Counted from the first letter of the whole stretch, positions 49,784 to 63,717 are shown. The stretch is DNA of 63,717 nucleotides, filler included, from Bigelowiella natans CCMP2755 (GCA_000320545.1; 7 parts of 7 records of this genome joined end to end with filler, not necessarily neighbours in it); one strand, 5' to 3'. Notes: generated by a model from the letters alone, not told the origin. Made by a program: numbers and translations.

Positions 49784-51406
49784 TTGAAGAATTCTAACTG
49801 AAAATTGTGGTGGAGCTTGTCGATTATCCTTCTTTCTAGTCGTCCACAATGGCTACTAGTATTATGTTCAACTACGAGCACAACTCTCTTTCTACTTATA
49901 CCAAATATAAGCTTATATATATATATATATTTACAGTAAATAATATATATATATATATATATATATAAATTATATAATATTGTTATATCTTTCGCTATTC
50001 CTCACGCTGGCTTTTCTAACCCCCCTCTCCCCCCCTCATTTCATTCAGATCGTGTACACGCAAATACTCAATATGCGCGCGTGTGTGACAGCGGGAAAGT
50101 CAACTGGACACATTGTGAATCTGACCAGTAATAAATAACAACAGCGGTTCTTATATGTGCTTCTTTGCTGACGGTTATTTCGAGAAGTCGATCGACGACT
50201 GCTCACCACATGCACGCGTCTTATGATGCATAAACAACTAACTTCATCACTGCACGGCCACCTCCCCCCCCCTTCAAAAGGCACCGATGCGGAGCGCTTT
50301 TCACTAGCGACGATGTTTTGGCCTTATCTAATCTTTGGTAAGTTCCATCGAGTTTGGATGTGAACATAAACAAACGGGTGTATGCTTTCCAGAGTAGCCG
50401 TGTATATCCTAGCCGATCGCGTCGCCAATACTACCCACTCAAGCTGTCACTGTTGTGCCAATTGGCGCGTCATATATCTAATACAACGGTGCTGCCGTGT
50501 GTGCGTGTGCGTGAATACTTAGCGCCTCTTGAGGCCTGTGTTGTCCTTGTTATTCTCTGGTATGAGCTTGGATATGGAGCTATTGCTGGGTATGCTATTA
50601 CCTTGGTTTCGGATAAAAGCACTTACATGAAAACACCTGGCTGCGACTTCGGCGCGAAGATATCAGCGGGATTGCGAGAGGGCGCCGATCCGTCGTGGCG
50701 GCGTATGCACATGAGCATATGTGTTTTTTGTCAGGTTTGCCATTCTCCTGGGGATCTTTCTTCCAATCCAGTTTCGATTCTCCAAAGCATATGCGAGGCT
50801 CCGGTTTGAGGCGGTGAGAATTTAGTCCAAATTCCTATCAGCCCTCGTCTGCTGTCTCGAGCGCCATGTGCGGTGGTGGGATATATGCGGTTCTGATTAT
50901 AGTAAAAGCTTCATACTGATAACACTATTCTTCACGAATATCCGTCTATGTACACATCTATCTTAAGATATCTATCGTGTGTTTGCTGATTGGTTTCTCG
51001 AATCGAAGGCGCATTACACGGATCAAAGGGTGAAGCTCATGAGTGAGGTCGGTCGGGGGAAACACCATGATTTTCTGCCTGAAACAATCGAGGCAAAAAA
51101 TACTGGGGGGGGGGCGCGCTATTGAAAGCATACAATATCTGAAATAACCATCGATTTTCCGGCTCTGTCCTCTCCTTTTCCCTGGAATGAATGCAATGTT
51201 TTGTGCGGTACGGGGCAGGGGTGCTGATGCTGCGTGTACGACACAGTAAATCACCTGGCAGTTTTTCCTTCGTGACTTAGGTTATTACCGGTGTGCGTGT
51301 GATGAAGTGCTATGCCTGGGAACATGCGATCGCTGATAGGGTTGGACGCGGTAGGTTTTCGTTTTTTTTATGTATTTTGTCCGCAACATGAATAACATAT
51401 TTATAA

Positions 51407-51443
<37 letters not shown>

Positions 51444-51632
51444 ACTATATTATAAGGGTGTTCTGTGTGTGTGTGTGTGTGTGTATGATAGATGTGCATC
51501 GCGTTTTGATCCATTCATGTTCCATCCTTTTCCCCTTGCAGTAAGGGAATTGGAGAGCATCGCCATAAAGAAGACTGCATCCTTGCGAGGGCTGAACGAG
51601 GGCTTGTACTTCTCCTGCCCGGCAATAGTTGG
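48126..51632 (+). CDS. ABC transporter subfamily C (MRP/ABCC-like), lasso + TMD1 only; truncated at gap
   Basis: YFWVTPLIEKGYRRPLMQEDL (L0/lasso), GKSTGHIVNL, TDAERF, APLEACVVLVILWYELG, TDQRVKLMSE, ITGVRVMKCYAWE are typical ABCC TMD1 motifs. Confidence 0.9.
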
Positions 51633-51882
51633 GTAGATACAATAATTACTTGTGATTTTCGGACAATNNNNNNNNNNNNNNNNNNNNNNNNNNNNNNNNN
51701 NNNNNNNNNNNTTAATTAATTAANNNNNNNNNNNNNNNNNNNNNNNNNNNNNNNNNNNNNNNNNNNNATGAGGGATGTGGAGGGGGGGGGGGAGTCGGAT
51801 AGAAGAAGTCGTATCATTCGTTATATACATCAGCGGTAAAAGAAATAATGCCAATCCTTTTCGACTCTCTGCGCATATCATG

Positions 51883-51914
<32 letters not shown>

Positions 51915-51928
51915 TAACGATGATGTAG

Positions 51929-52296
51929 GATACGCAGTGCGGTCCTGCAGAAGACAACCCTAGAACCGAAGAACTAGCCATCTGTGAGTAACCCCTTCAT
52001 CATATGTCAAAATCATCCGTTCAAGATAGATGATGCACGTAAGCAAACAGAAACAGAAAGGGGGGGGGGGGGGAGGGAGAGAGAAGAGAGAATCATTTGG
52101 GTGACTCCTACTGTATGAGGATTATGAATCATCGAGCCAGTGTTTTGGTGTTATGAAATTACTAATACTGTTACTGCCTGGATAAGGCTTGGAGGCAATT
52201 GGAGCTACAGGGGGGGGTGGGGGAAGCTCTTCCAATGGAGGAATAGACCCTTTGATCATTGGAATAGTCGTCGTAGCTTTGGTTGTTTGTTGTTGT

Positions 52297-52327
<31 letters not shown>

Positions 52328-52811
52328 ATCAGTGATAATTAGTCGTCGTAGCTTTCTTTGTTTGTTGTTGATGATGATAATGATGAAAAACAGTGATGAG
52401 GCTCATACTTGTCCTAATCACTTCCTCTTACCTAGTTATCTTGCGTCTCCCATTAGATCATCCTGGCGGTGATAGGAGTCGCTGTGTACTGCATTCGTAA
52501 GCGTTGTTTTGGTGCAAATCGAGAGGGAGCGCAGGTAGATCTATCATCGATGCTTTAGGATACAAGTCTGCCACATGCTAAGCTCATTCATATCATCCTC
52601 CTCCTCCTCCTTTCTCATCATCATCATCATTGTCATCGTCGTCATTGCTGCAGTTGTTGTTGTTGTTGTTGTCGTTGCCCTGCTGTTAGCAGTATCAAGC
52701 ACCCGTTATCCAATCACACAACACGTACCATAGATGATTAAAAAAAGATGATTGTTTCTCACCATCAACAACACATACTCATCATATATACTGCTCAATC
52801 GTCGATATAAT

Positions 52812-52855
<44 letters not shown>

Positions 52856-53335
52856 CGTTGTTCTGTCAAATATCCTAGCCTGTGGCCTCTCAAGCTGATA
52901 TGATGCTAGCATCAAATCGATCCAATCCCCACGTAAACTTGCTACCATATAACGACACGATGTGACAATAACAAAAGCAATGAGAGGATTTCAGATCAGC
53001 ACAAATTACAAATCGATTCTTTACGTTTGTCGTGATAGTCTTTGGCACCGCAGCTGATGACATTCTTCATCGCCCTCCTCATCACTATCATCATCATCAT
53101 CATCATCACCATCATCATCATCCTAATCATCATTCGTATCCCTTAGGTTCATACCAATACGAATATACTCCACAAGCAGACGTGGCTACATCAAAACCCC
53201 ATTGAAGTGCCGGCAGGTGACGTGCAGCAGGAAAAATATCAAACGGCGTTGATATTCGTGTTGTGCGTCTCCCGTGGTGATGATGATGATGTTGATGATG
53301 ATAATTGATGATTGATTATGGTTTATGTGTGTGGT

Positions 53336-53380
<45 letters not shown>

Positions 53381-53910
53381 GGTGGAATTCAAATAATATC
53401 TTTCTATTTTTCTCATGTACACATCCTCGTTGCTATCATCAGCACCAGTGACTCCGATCATGGTAGTAAAAAATCGAGCATGTATTTTCCCATTCAATAC
53501 GTCTAATGGCGAGTCGTCGCAACAAATACGCTCGCATCTAGCCTTTATATACATATATAAATATCGATGTTCACTCTTGAATCCTACGGATTCATTCTTG
53601 GCCACTAGTAGTATCAAATAGCTCTCGACGTCTCTCCGCCTTCCCATCCAAATTCTTACAGCTTTGCTGATAACCGATCATTGGCCACAGACGAAACGAT
53701 TGCCTCTAGGATGGAGCATGCACTACGATGAAGCTGGAAAACCGTGAGAAAACCATTTACTAATACGTACGACTAATGTAGCACATCAGATAGCTGATTT
53801 TAATCTATGCTAAAGCGAATATTGCAAAATAAGGAGATGTAATGATGGTGATCAGGTACTACTACAATTCGAGGACTAAGGCTTCCCAGTGGGATTTTCC
53901 TATGCATTAA
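51929..53910 (+). CDS. 3' part of a single-pass membrane protein with a C-terminal WW domain
   Basis: Exon near 52458 IILAVIGVAVYCIRKR (TM end + basic stop-transfer); last exons splice to LPLGWSMHYDEAGKP|YYYNSRTKASQWDFPMH-stop. Confidence 0.7.
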
Positions 53911-53921
53911 TGTGGCTACTC

Positions 53922-53955
<34 letters not shown>

Positions 53956-53999
53956 CAGTGCATTTATCGCAATGGTATGACATACCGCCATGTCCAAAC

Positions 54000-54660
54000 C
54001 ATTGGTAATCATGCAATAAACTATGATTATGACTTATGTGCAAGCCGTACATACTAGCTCGCTAGTATGCTGCATAGCATATCAGATATGTTTTAGACGG
54101 GCGCGTATCGTATGTATGTGTATAGACATCATAGCAGCTTAAAACTATACACATTGGGCTGAGTGGAGGTGAATGATGGCCATGCCAGCTCTAGAGCTAG
54201 CCAGCTGTGCGTACGTTTGATCATTCTTCATGTAATAATCTCGACGACATAATAAAGCTAGAAAGCTCTAGAGCTACAGGTTGCTCAACCTAGCTAGCTA
54301 GAACCCTCTAGATCATGCATCATCATCATCATCATCATCTCGCCAGAAAAAATTGATTGACACGTTGAGGCCTGTCTCGAAACTTTCGACTGAATGATAC
54401 CAATGGGGAGGAATGAACAGCAATTCACCTGCGCGTACATGTACGTAGAAACACAATAAACGGAAACACACAAATCTTAAGACATGCATCTAGACATCTC
54501 CGATCTATCTAGCTTCAAAATTGTCAAGTGTTCTAGTATATTGACGACGATTATATGAAATACTCTAGTACTAGTATACATCGCGATGATATCTAGATAT
54601 TTTTCCCGCGATCCCAAAATTCAAAAAGCAGACCGAACTCTAGAGCTAGCTAGCTAGCAA
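54000..54660. other. CTAG-rich domain between convergent gene ends
   Basis: Many CTAG/AGCT (e.g. CCTAGCTAGCTAG near 54290, CTCTAGAGCTAGCTAGCTAGC near 54640); other TA contexts not strongly depleted. Confidence 0.7.
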
Positions 54661-55275
54661 GCCTCATCAGTATTCCGGTATACATGCAGTTCATAGCTCG
54701 TTGAAATAAGCAATACATCGACACAACTTCAAACCAAAACGGCCGATTATTTCCACATAAAAATGAGAATTTCACCTGGCTCCAGGATGAAGCTCTTTGC
54801 TGAAGAGAATGAGGATTGAGATGAAAAAACGATGTTTCCATCCTTCATCGAGCTGCAATTGCAATTGCATCCGGAGGGTGGGAATGGGGCAGAGAAATTG
54901 ACCTTTTTCGTCCCTATTATCTATGTAGTTAGGCAAGATTTTAGAATTAAATCAAATGCAGTAAATGAGCTTTCTTGAAGGCGGAGAAGTACCAATAATC
55001 TTATCTGCAATACTACGACAAACATCCGAATATATGCCAGTTTCCAAGATATTATCGTACTTCATTGAGAATAGAATAGTCCTTATTTGCGATTGATTCA
55101 CACTGCTATTCTTACTTGCAGGAGGCAATTCCAAGCCCAGTCTTTGTGCCAAGGATACCGGTATCTGTGAACAATATACAGCAATAACATCAATAATACC
55201 CATCTCATCGTCTTGTAAGTGCTGTGAATTGTGCAGTTGCGGGGGAACATGCAAAGATGGCGATTAAAGTCTGTC

Positions 55276-55337
<62 letters not shown>

Positions 55338-56925
55338 CTATGTGTGTGTGTGTGCGTAGGTGCGTGTGTGTATAATCGGTGAATTATAATCTCTTATAAT
55401 AGTACCATACCTGTTTGTTCCTAAGCGCAATACGGCATCGACAAGCCTTCCCTTGGCACGAATGTGGGTAATGGTAGGTCTCCAACGATCACCTCTGTTT
55501 GGGTTTCATATAATAACACCAAAGAAGTGAATTAACGTGTGGAAATATAGCAGCAGACAAGGTCGCAACGATAAACAATGCTTCGCGTACAAATGCAGAA
55601 TCTAGCACATACACCCCCAACGCTGCTACCCACCAATTGTAGTCGAATATATTTTATGATAATAACTTGATCAAGTACCGTCAAACCAGGAGCACCTACC
55701 AACCTACCTATCTTCCCTACCTACCTGGTATTCTTCCAGAGTGATGCTGGCCCCCTCTGCTTCTATTCTCCGAGGAAGTTGAGTAGAAGAGTGACCAACG
55801 AATGTATCTGCTTTTCCCAAAAGAGCCGTGGGTGCAAGAGCGGGCCGGAGAAGACGATGAAGAAGATGAAGAAGAAGATGATGATGATTCAAGGAAATCA
55901 GTGAACGACATTTTACACGACTTTCCGTCAAATTCATCGAACGATGGCCGTGATGCCTCCCTCGTATCTGATGGTTCCTGCTCATCTGCATCACCTGCGC
56001 TCAGTAACGGAGAAGTAGGTTGGAGTGATAGTGTCTGCCCCTTCTTCTGTTTTTGCAAATCCACTTGTGTTTTCTGGTCGCCGTTTTTACGACAGCGTGC
56101 CATCGTGTTCTGCTGCCGCTCTTGTCCTTGCTGTTGCTGCTGCTCATGCTGTGGATGATAACTTGTGAACAAGATGGTTCGTTGTTTTTTAACCGCGCTG
56201 TCTCTTCTCTCCCCTGAAGGATAAGCACGTTTTCGACAACTTCCGCCTGACCGTGCAGCCGAAGCTGGGTGAGAAGATGATGAAGAGACCTAAGAGGACC
56301 GTTAAGTTTTGGCATGGTGAAGAATTAAAGGAAGGAGAGGAGGGTAACGAAATCTTTACGATGTTGTAGATTTACCGTATTTATTCGGTCAGGCTTCAAC
56401 TCGTGATTGCTTTGATCCGAATTTACACCAGTTATGGCTGGTGCCATCGTTCTGGCTTTTTTATCCTCTTTGTTCTCTTCAGTAAACGACAAAACGATGA
56501 CGATTTCACGCTTTAACTTTTCCCTGAGCACTCTTTCCGTCCAACTGGCGCATTTTCCAAATGGAAATCCACGGAAAACACGCGGCCTCCACTGAAGTCT
56601 GAGGTAGCAAGAGCAATCAGGACACTGCAGAAACAATCGCCATATTTTAGGCAAGCGATTGAGCCTATTTTCACGGTTAGCTTGTTTCTTTTTTATTCAT
56701 TGTGCTTCGAGACCCACCGGTTACATCCAGAACAGGCTACTGCAAATCTCCTCTTTCCCTGAGCCGTGTATTGATATCAAAGATGTCGTCGTCGCCTTCG
56801 CGAACTGATCATGAAGATATGTGAGAAATTCTGGGAAGGGTGAGGACCTGCACGTTGAGATCATGGTCCCAGCATTCACAAGTATCGATGGGGGGAGGTG
56901 GGAGCACGTCATCCGGATCGCTCAT
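54650..56925 (-). CDS. Hypothetical multi-exon protein with Q/S-rich low-complexity middle
   Basis: Collinear minus ORFs 56325-56654, 55717-56172, 54952-55254, 54650-54841. Candidate ATG 56925, with TGCGACA motifs upstream at 57231 and 57296. Confidence 0.4.
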
Positions 56926-57784
56926 TTATCCGACGACGTACAAGCGCTTCACTCTGGGTGATTCTTGTAAGATATTAACAGGGTAATACTATGTTTATTT
57001 TTATATTTTAATTTGTGAGTGACGTAAGTCAATCTCCAAAAACTCGAGATCACATTTAGTGATCCGCTCCACGGTACTTTTTAGTAAAAGGCGAAAAAGT
57101 AATGCGTTCTGAAGCGAACCCGTGTGTAAATCAAAAGTTATTTTCCATCAAAGAGATCTCCAATCTCTTCTCATGACTCCTGCACTTCCAGGCCCTGCTG
57201 ATTCAATTTAAATAATTGGTATTTTCGTTCTGCGACAACGACCAACCGCTCAGCGGTCGAATTATCTATCTGAAACCTTTGGTGTTTTTGTTACCTGCGA
57301 CAGGGAAATGTAACAGCGGTGCTCTCATGTGCCAGTTGTTGCAGAGCTAGTTCTAACTTTATTTTTAGGCCAGATTTTCAACCGAAAACATCCTGGCAAT
57401 TATTACCGTTTTCGCAACTTGCATGGCCCCCCCCCCGGAACACCCTGTCCTTCCCACCACAACTTCAAAGCTGTAACCTGCCTCCGACTGGTGTGAAGTC
57501 ACTGTATCATCTTAAAAATATAGTTACTCGTATTATGAGTAGAAATTGATCGTTATACGACTGATTCTGCCGTCGAAGCCGCCTTCATACAACTACAGCG
57601 GCTGAGCAAGAGTCAGTGTCCCTCACATCAAGGATTTGTTCTATCGCTATTTCTTTTCACTCCAAGTCATGGATACGGGGGGGTTTTCTAAGCTGGAACA
57701 TGTTGTAGGTAGGGAACAGAAGCGAACTCTCAAACGTTTTTAAAATAATAAATGGGCCTCCGATCGATCTAGCCGTTGCTGTTG

Positions 57785-58089
<305 letters not shown>

Positions 58090-58725
58090 GTGCGACTTTC
58101 TCATCATGCAACCCGCTGCATGCGTATATGATGATGCACATCTCTACCTCGATGTATTTTTATCAAAAACACTGCAACCATTGACAGCAGGATGACGAGA
58201 AAAGCGCTGATCGAAAACGCAGAGGTGGCAAACCACAACGGCAGAATGGAGTCAAACCCAACGATAGTTCTCCACTCCTAAGCTGGAATAACCACAACAA
58301 ACTCTATGATCAACACTCGTGCTGTTGCCCTGGCTCTGCCACGTCTTTCTCCTCCTCCCTCCCCGTTCCGTCGGAGTGTTCCTGGAGGGGAGATTTGAGG
58401 CTGGTTTCTTACGATGATTTACCGTCATGGAGACAGCACAACCCTTTTATTCTCAGTGGATATCGGTATTATCACTCTAGTATATAGAAGAAGAAGAGGA
58501 GAAGGAAGAAGAAGAAGAATCAAACTTTCCACTTCTTCATTCCAATCATGTAGTAGGTCGGAGATGGCTAATGTGTCATCGACTCTTTCGTTGTGTTTTG
58601 TACTTCCAATGCCAAAATTTCAAGGGTTAACTGTGAGAGCTACGCAGCATGCATTCGCTCTTGCTTCTTCCCACACAACGAATTGGTACGACACACAACA
58701 CACACACACATTTAAAAGTATATAA

Positions 58726-58779
<54 letters not shown>

Positions 58780-59199
58780 TAATAATACTAAATACTTTAG
58801 TCGTGTGTGTGTTTTNNNNNNNNNNNNNNNNNNNNNNNNNNNNNNNNNNNNNNNNNNNNTTAATTAATTAANNNNNNNNNNNNNNNNNNNNNNNNNNNNN
58901 NNNNNNNNNNNNNNNTGTTGGTGGAGGAGGAGGAGGAAGGAAAGACCCTCCACGGCCCTTGAACGATGCCAAGATGCACATGTGCACTGGTGGCGTGTGC
59001 GTGGGCAAGAGGGAACAGGATCTGATAGTAGCGAGTCAGAAGTAAGAAACTGCCTCTCTGCAAATGCCCATTTGGAACGAGAACGGGGGGGGGGGGAGGG
59101 GGGGGCTCGTAACAGACAGCAGATTTCTTCTACGCTAAAAGTGCTTTTGGCATGCAGAGCTTCTTGCTTTTGTGCTTGACGACGATCGAGGGCACAACC

Positions 59200-60100
59200 C
59201 AACAGAGTTGAGTTGTTCGTGGTGGATTACGGGCACTGTGCGAGTATTAACTAATGAAGCAAAACAACATGCCACGAGCTAGCAGTGTCAATAGCATCAT
59301 GCAAAGCTAGGCTAGCATTGTGAATAATATGACTATGTGTCTGCTGGTGTATTACTCTCGCGCGCTAATTGTAGCAAAAGATGCGCAACATGCTAACATG
59401 GCGTCGCCTCTTATTATCTCGCGGTCTGTGAGAATGAGGCTCATTCCTCCTGCCTTGTACGTGTACTAGTGCACTAGTGCAGGCTACTAGGCTACACTGC
59501 GTTGTGTGAGCTGCTTTTGCATGTGGTTGGTCAGTTTGTTAGCGGATGGCTACGACGCGCACGCCACAGACGCGGGCACTACTACACAGCAGCGAGCTCT
59601 GGAGCTAGTGTCAGTGAGCTAGCGCTGCTAATGATGTGTTGATTGATTGATTGCGCTAGCTAGCTTAGTAGCCGTCAGAGTTACAGCAGCAAATATGCAA
59701 AAACAAATCCTACGCCGTGCCAAGCTATAGCGCATGCAGGATCAATTCACAAGCTAGCACGCTAGCACGGTCGTGGTAGTACTAGCGCATGCACCTTGCT
59801 CGCTATACGTACTACATGTACTACGCACATTACGCTGAATCGTGGCTTGCCACATGCCATTATCATGCGAGCATGGCTAAACATACACCTACGCATGTCT
59901 AGATATATAAGCACACGTATGCGGCTAATGACAACAATAGCGATATCATTGCCATATATGCAAGCTAGCAAGTCCCCGCCAACCTGCCTAGCTGCGCTAA
60001 AACGCTCAAGCCGGCTGCTCTAATATTGCATGCTAGCATATGCGCGTGCAACAGCACAGAACACGCACTTGCTAGCTTGCATGGCTTTGAGCCAATCTGC
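59200..60100. other. CTAG/AGCT-rich intergenic domain
   Basis: Dense GCTAGC/ACTAGT/GCTA motifs between a plus-strand ORF end (59179) and minus-strand ORF ends (~60170). Confidence 0.7.
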
Positions 60101-60575
60101 CTTATTTTTGTTGTTGTTGTTGTTGTTGGGGCTTCGTTGGTAATTTCGACTTCTTATTTTGTACAAGCACTACTGGCAATTTATGACTATGACAATATAA
60201 GACCCCCTATATTGCCGGAGCGAACCAGGATCCGCGGCGGTGTAGTAACAAGCAAGCCGCCATCGAAACCCGTGATGCCGCGTCGTGACCGACCACCGGC
60301 GGCATGCAGCGCACGGTTTAAGCACATCTAACCCGCGCTGTCGTTGAAGATAGCTACTCGCGGAGCGCTTTATCGAGCTCGGTCGGTAGCGTCTGCGGCT
60401 GCTGCCCGTGAGGACCTTAATGGGACTCCTGTGTTTGGTGCTTGGCGGCTCGGCTCGGGTCGGGTCGTGGTAGGTCATCAGCACGATGATGATACCGACC
60501 TCCTCTCGATTTCAATCCGACTGCTAGCAAGCTTCAAGAACGTCCTGTGAGGCATTTTATGTTTGTATATATGTA

Positions 60576-60618
<43 letters not shown>

Positions 60619-62005
60619 ACACGCGCGCGCAGTGGCACCAGCACCAGCAGCAGTAGCAGAAAAAGACGGAGCGACAAGCGTTTTATGCATTGTGAATAAG
60701 CGTGGGGGGGGGGGAAGCTACATCATGACCTCACCTTCTTTATTTCCTCGGCTTTTCCCTTAAAAACTTTGGGGGGCTCGGCCTTACTCTCGGGAGCTTC
60801 TGCGAGCGGTTCTGGTTGACCTTTCTTTGCTTCTTTAATTCCTCGTGGATAAATGCTAGGTCCCCTCGGGGTGCTCGAATCTAGAGGAAGGATATGCATA
60901 ATATACGAGGTATACATTATACACATGTTTATATATATATATATATATATATATATCTATAAAATGCAAATTAATAAGTCAATGGGGAAAAGAGTGTGGC
61001 CCCCCCCCCCCCCGCATCGGGGGTCTATGGGGAAAGCACTTTGCGAGACATATACTTAAGAAGGGGGGAGGGGNNNNNNNNNNNNNNNNNNNNNNNNNNN
61101 NNNNNNNNNNNNNNNNNTTAATTAATTAANNNNNNNNNNNNNNNNNNNNNNNNNNNNNNNNNNNNNNNNNNNNTCGCCTCGTTGGCCTCTGATGCCGTCG
61201 CCCAGTTGACCTTCTGTAGCAGCCGAGGAAGCATATGAGGTCGCTTGAACAGCCCTGATTGTTGTTATGTGTTATGTGTTATGTGTTTTGATGTCGTCCT
61301 TCGTGGGGGAGGATGGGAATATAGAGGAGGAAGAGGAGGAAGAAAGGGGGGGGGGGGGGGATGGCGGAAGGAGATGAACCAGGCCAACAGTAGCGCATAT
61401 AGCACCAATAGAGATGAACAGTAAGGAGAAAGCGAGCAGCTGTGTGAATTTGGTGATGGTATTTTGAGGAAGTACGAGGTGGTCTCGCACGTCTTCGCTA
61501 TTGCTTGCAACTACTACTGCTAAATAATAAATCCTCCTCCTCACTTGCGCGTGACTTCCATATGAGATCATAATCCGCTTTGGAGAGGTTATGCATGAGG
61601 TCGACCTACCAGGAAACAGCATTAGCAGCAGCAGTAGCAACATCAGCTATAACAGCAATCAGGTGGAAAGAAGATTGCCCCGACAGCGGGTTCTCTCGAG
61701 GGGAGGCTGCTTGCTCCTCTCCTGAATTCTACTTGATCGTCATCGTTGTTGTCACTACTCTCCCCGCTACTCGTTCATGCAAAGCATCGCTTTCACCCTC
61801 AGAAGCTTGCTAAGCTTAGCCTCGGAGCTGGGGATATTGACGGTGTACTCGAAGGTAAGGCTTCCTGAGACGATCTCATCCTTTCTGTGAAAGCGATGGA
61901 AACACAAGGCGAACAAGGTGATTCAGAGGAAAGGAAGAGCAACAAGAGAAGAGCAGTGCCATCATCGTGACTTTACAATGGATGGATGAAGGGAGAGAGG
62001 GAAAC

Positions 62006-62086
<81 letters not shown>

Positions 62087-62430
62087 CAATTGAGTTGCGG
62101 ACAAGCGCCATCATCGCCACCTACTAACCTGCTGAAGCGTTGGCGACACTTGCACGTGAATCGCATCGGAACCCCAGGTTCATGATCGAATTTCGGGTCC
62201 AGTAGATCCACCTCTACAAGTCCTATAAAAATTTTGTATAGTATAAGATGGCGAAGATGGTGATGAAGAGGACGAATGCTCGGCACTTCCACACTGCGAT
62301 TAACCTACCACCTCCCCTCCCCCCCCCCCCNNNNNNNNNNNNNNNNNNNNNNNNNNNNNNNNNNNNNNNNNNNNTTAATTAATTAANNNNNNNNNNNNNN
62401 NNNNNNNNNNNNNNNNNNNNNNNNNNNNNN

Positions 62431-62473
<43 letters not shown>

Positions 62474-62601
62474 CATGTGTATTATGTGTACACGCCTCTT
62501 TGCGAGTATAGTAGCATAAGTGAGCATGAAACCCAATGCTGAGTGCTAGTCCCCCCCACCATACAGTGTGCGATGTCTCCTACCCCCCCCTCCCCTGCAA
62601 G

Positions 62602-63080
62602 ATATATGGCAGGAGTCTCAAGGGGTCTTACCGGCCAGCACGTGCATCTATCAGGTGCAATCCAGAAAGAAAACACGCACGCACGCACGCACGCACACAC
62701 GCAAATTTGGAAAATATAGAAAAAACCGCAACGACGCGAACGGATCATTGCTGCCCTACATACGATTTGTCGACTTGCTTAGCGCACGTTTGCATTTGAG
62801 CTGATTCTGATCATAACGGCGAAGGCCCTGGAGACGCAGGAGGGAGCTTTTGCTATGTGCGCCGAGAGGTAGCTGTTGTTTGTGTGGCGGCTGCTGCTGC
62901 TGCTGGGTGAAAGGTGGTAGAGAACTGCCAAGGCTTTGCTTGTGGTGTGTGCATTGTTGTTCGTCCCCCGTCACACACAAACTCATATGGATGGGGTGTA
63001 GTGCTGTCCACGTGAAAATAAAGGCCCGTGCTGGTGGCCTGTGCTACTGCTCGATGAATCACGATGGAGGCGACGACGAC

Positions 63081-63112
<32 letters not shown>

Positions 63113-63593
63113 TGATGATGATGATGATGATGACGACAATGACGATGATGATTATAGCTATTAATCTGAGACCAACGCATGTATTTTCCTTCTCTCATCC
63201 CCCTCACCCCCCCTTCCCCCATGCGCTGCTACAATGATATCGTCGCATGACATAGCCGTTGGGGGTGACTGCTGGAATCGGTGCATGGAATTATCCTCTG
63301 CAAGGTGTGCGTTGTTGGATGATGACGATGATGATGGTGATGACGACGACGACGACGATGGCGGTGACGATAATGATGACGAGTATCGATCATAATTGCG
63401 CACAGTTTGGAGACAAGCGGGGCGAGGGCTCGTCTTCGCTCGCAGCAGTCTCGTCGCCCTTGACGCTATCGTTGCATATTTAACGCACAGCTCTGCATAT
63501 ATGCGTGTGTGTGTGTGTGTTTGTGTGTGTGTAAAGTTGTTTGATCTCCCCTGTTAGGTTGCGTGTGGAAGGCAGCTCCAGCTCTAGCGATGG
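62602..63593 (+). CDS. Aldehyde dehydrogenase, ALDH9 / betaine-aldehyde-dehydrogenase-like (partial, internal exons)
   Basis: Exons splice to YMAGVSRGLTGQHV...GSFCYVRRE|PLGVTAGIGAWNYPLQ|GCVWKAAPALAMG. The GAWNYP motif is typical of ALDH9/BetB. Confidence 0.88.
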
Positions 63594-63717
63594 GGTATCT
63601 AGCTGTAGTCGCATGTACCCTCCCAGGGGCGATCTACGCGGCTTTGGTAGTGGCTCATGCACCTCGATTATTCGTTAGGACCAGGTGATGTAAGAGTAAT
63701 AATGCACCGCTCGCGTC

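Overview
Intron-rich eukaryotic (protist) nuclear DNA, about 45% GC, in seven contigs joined by artificial 100-bp N44-TTAATTAATTAA-N44 linkers. A chlorarachniophyte/rhizarian-like alga is plausible but is only an inference. Genes read from the sequence, left to right: tRNA-Lys(CTT); an intronless coiled-coil + six-blade Kelch protein; a ~17-kb minus-strand myosin (N-terminal WW, SH3-like, motor, IQ, about five ~265-aa helical repeats, MyTH4, two C-terminal WW; class-IV-like); a 5'-truncated papain-family fragment; a secreted lysophospholipase/cPLA2-like protein; a two-pore, EF-hand K+-channel-like protein with non-canonical filters; a head-to-head pair of SPFH/band-7 paralogs; an N-acylated WD40 protein; a hypothetical protein; the 5' half of an ABCC transporter; a single-pass membrane protein ending in a WW domain; further hypothetical genes; and part of an ALDH9/betaine-aldehyde-dehydrogenase-like gene. 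The most striking signal is non-coding. Intergenic DNA downstream of gene 3' ends, mostly between convergent genes, forms bounded domains where TpA is nearly erased except in CTA/TAG/CTAG context and CTAG is strongly enriched. This suggests a locus-targeted, context-specific TA->TG/CA mutational or base-modification system. 5'/divergent intergenic regions instead carry clustered TGCGACA/TGTCGCA motifs. Exon boundaries and motif counts were read by eye and are approximate.
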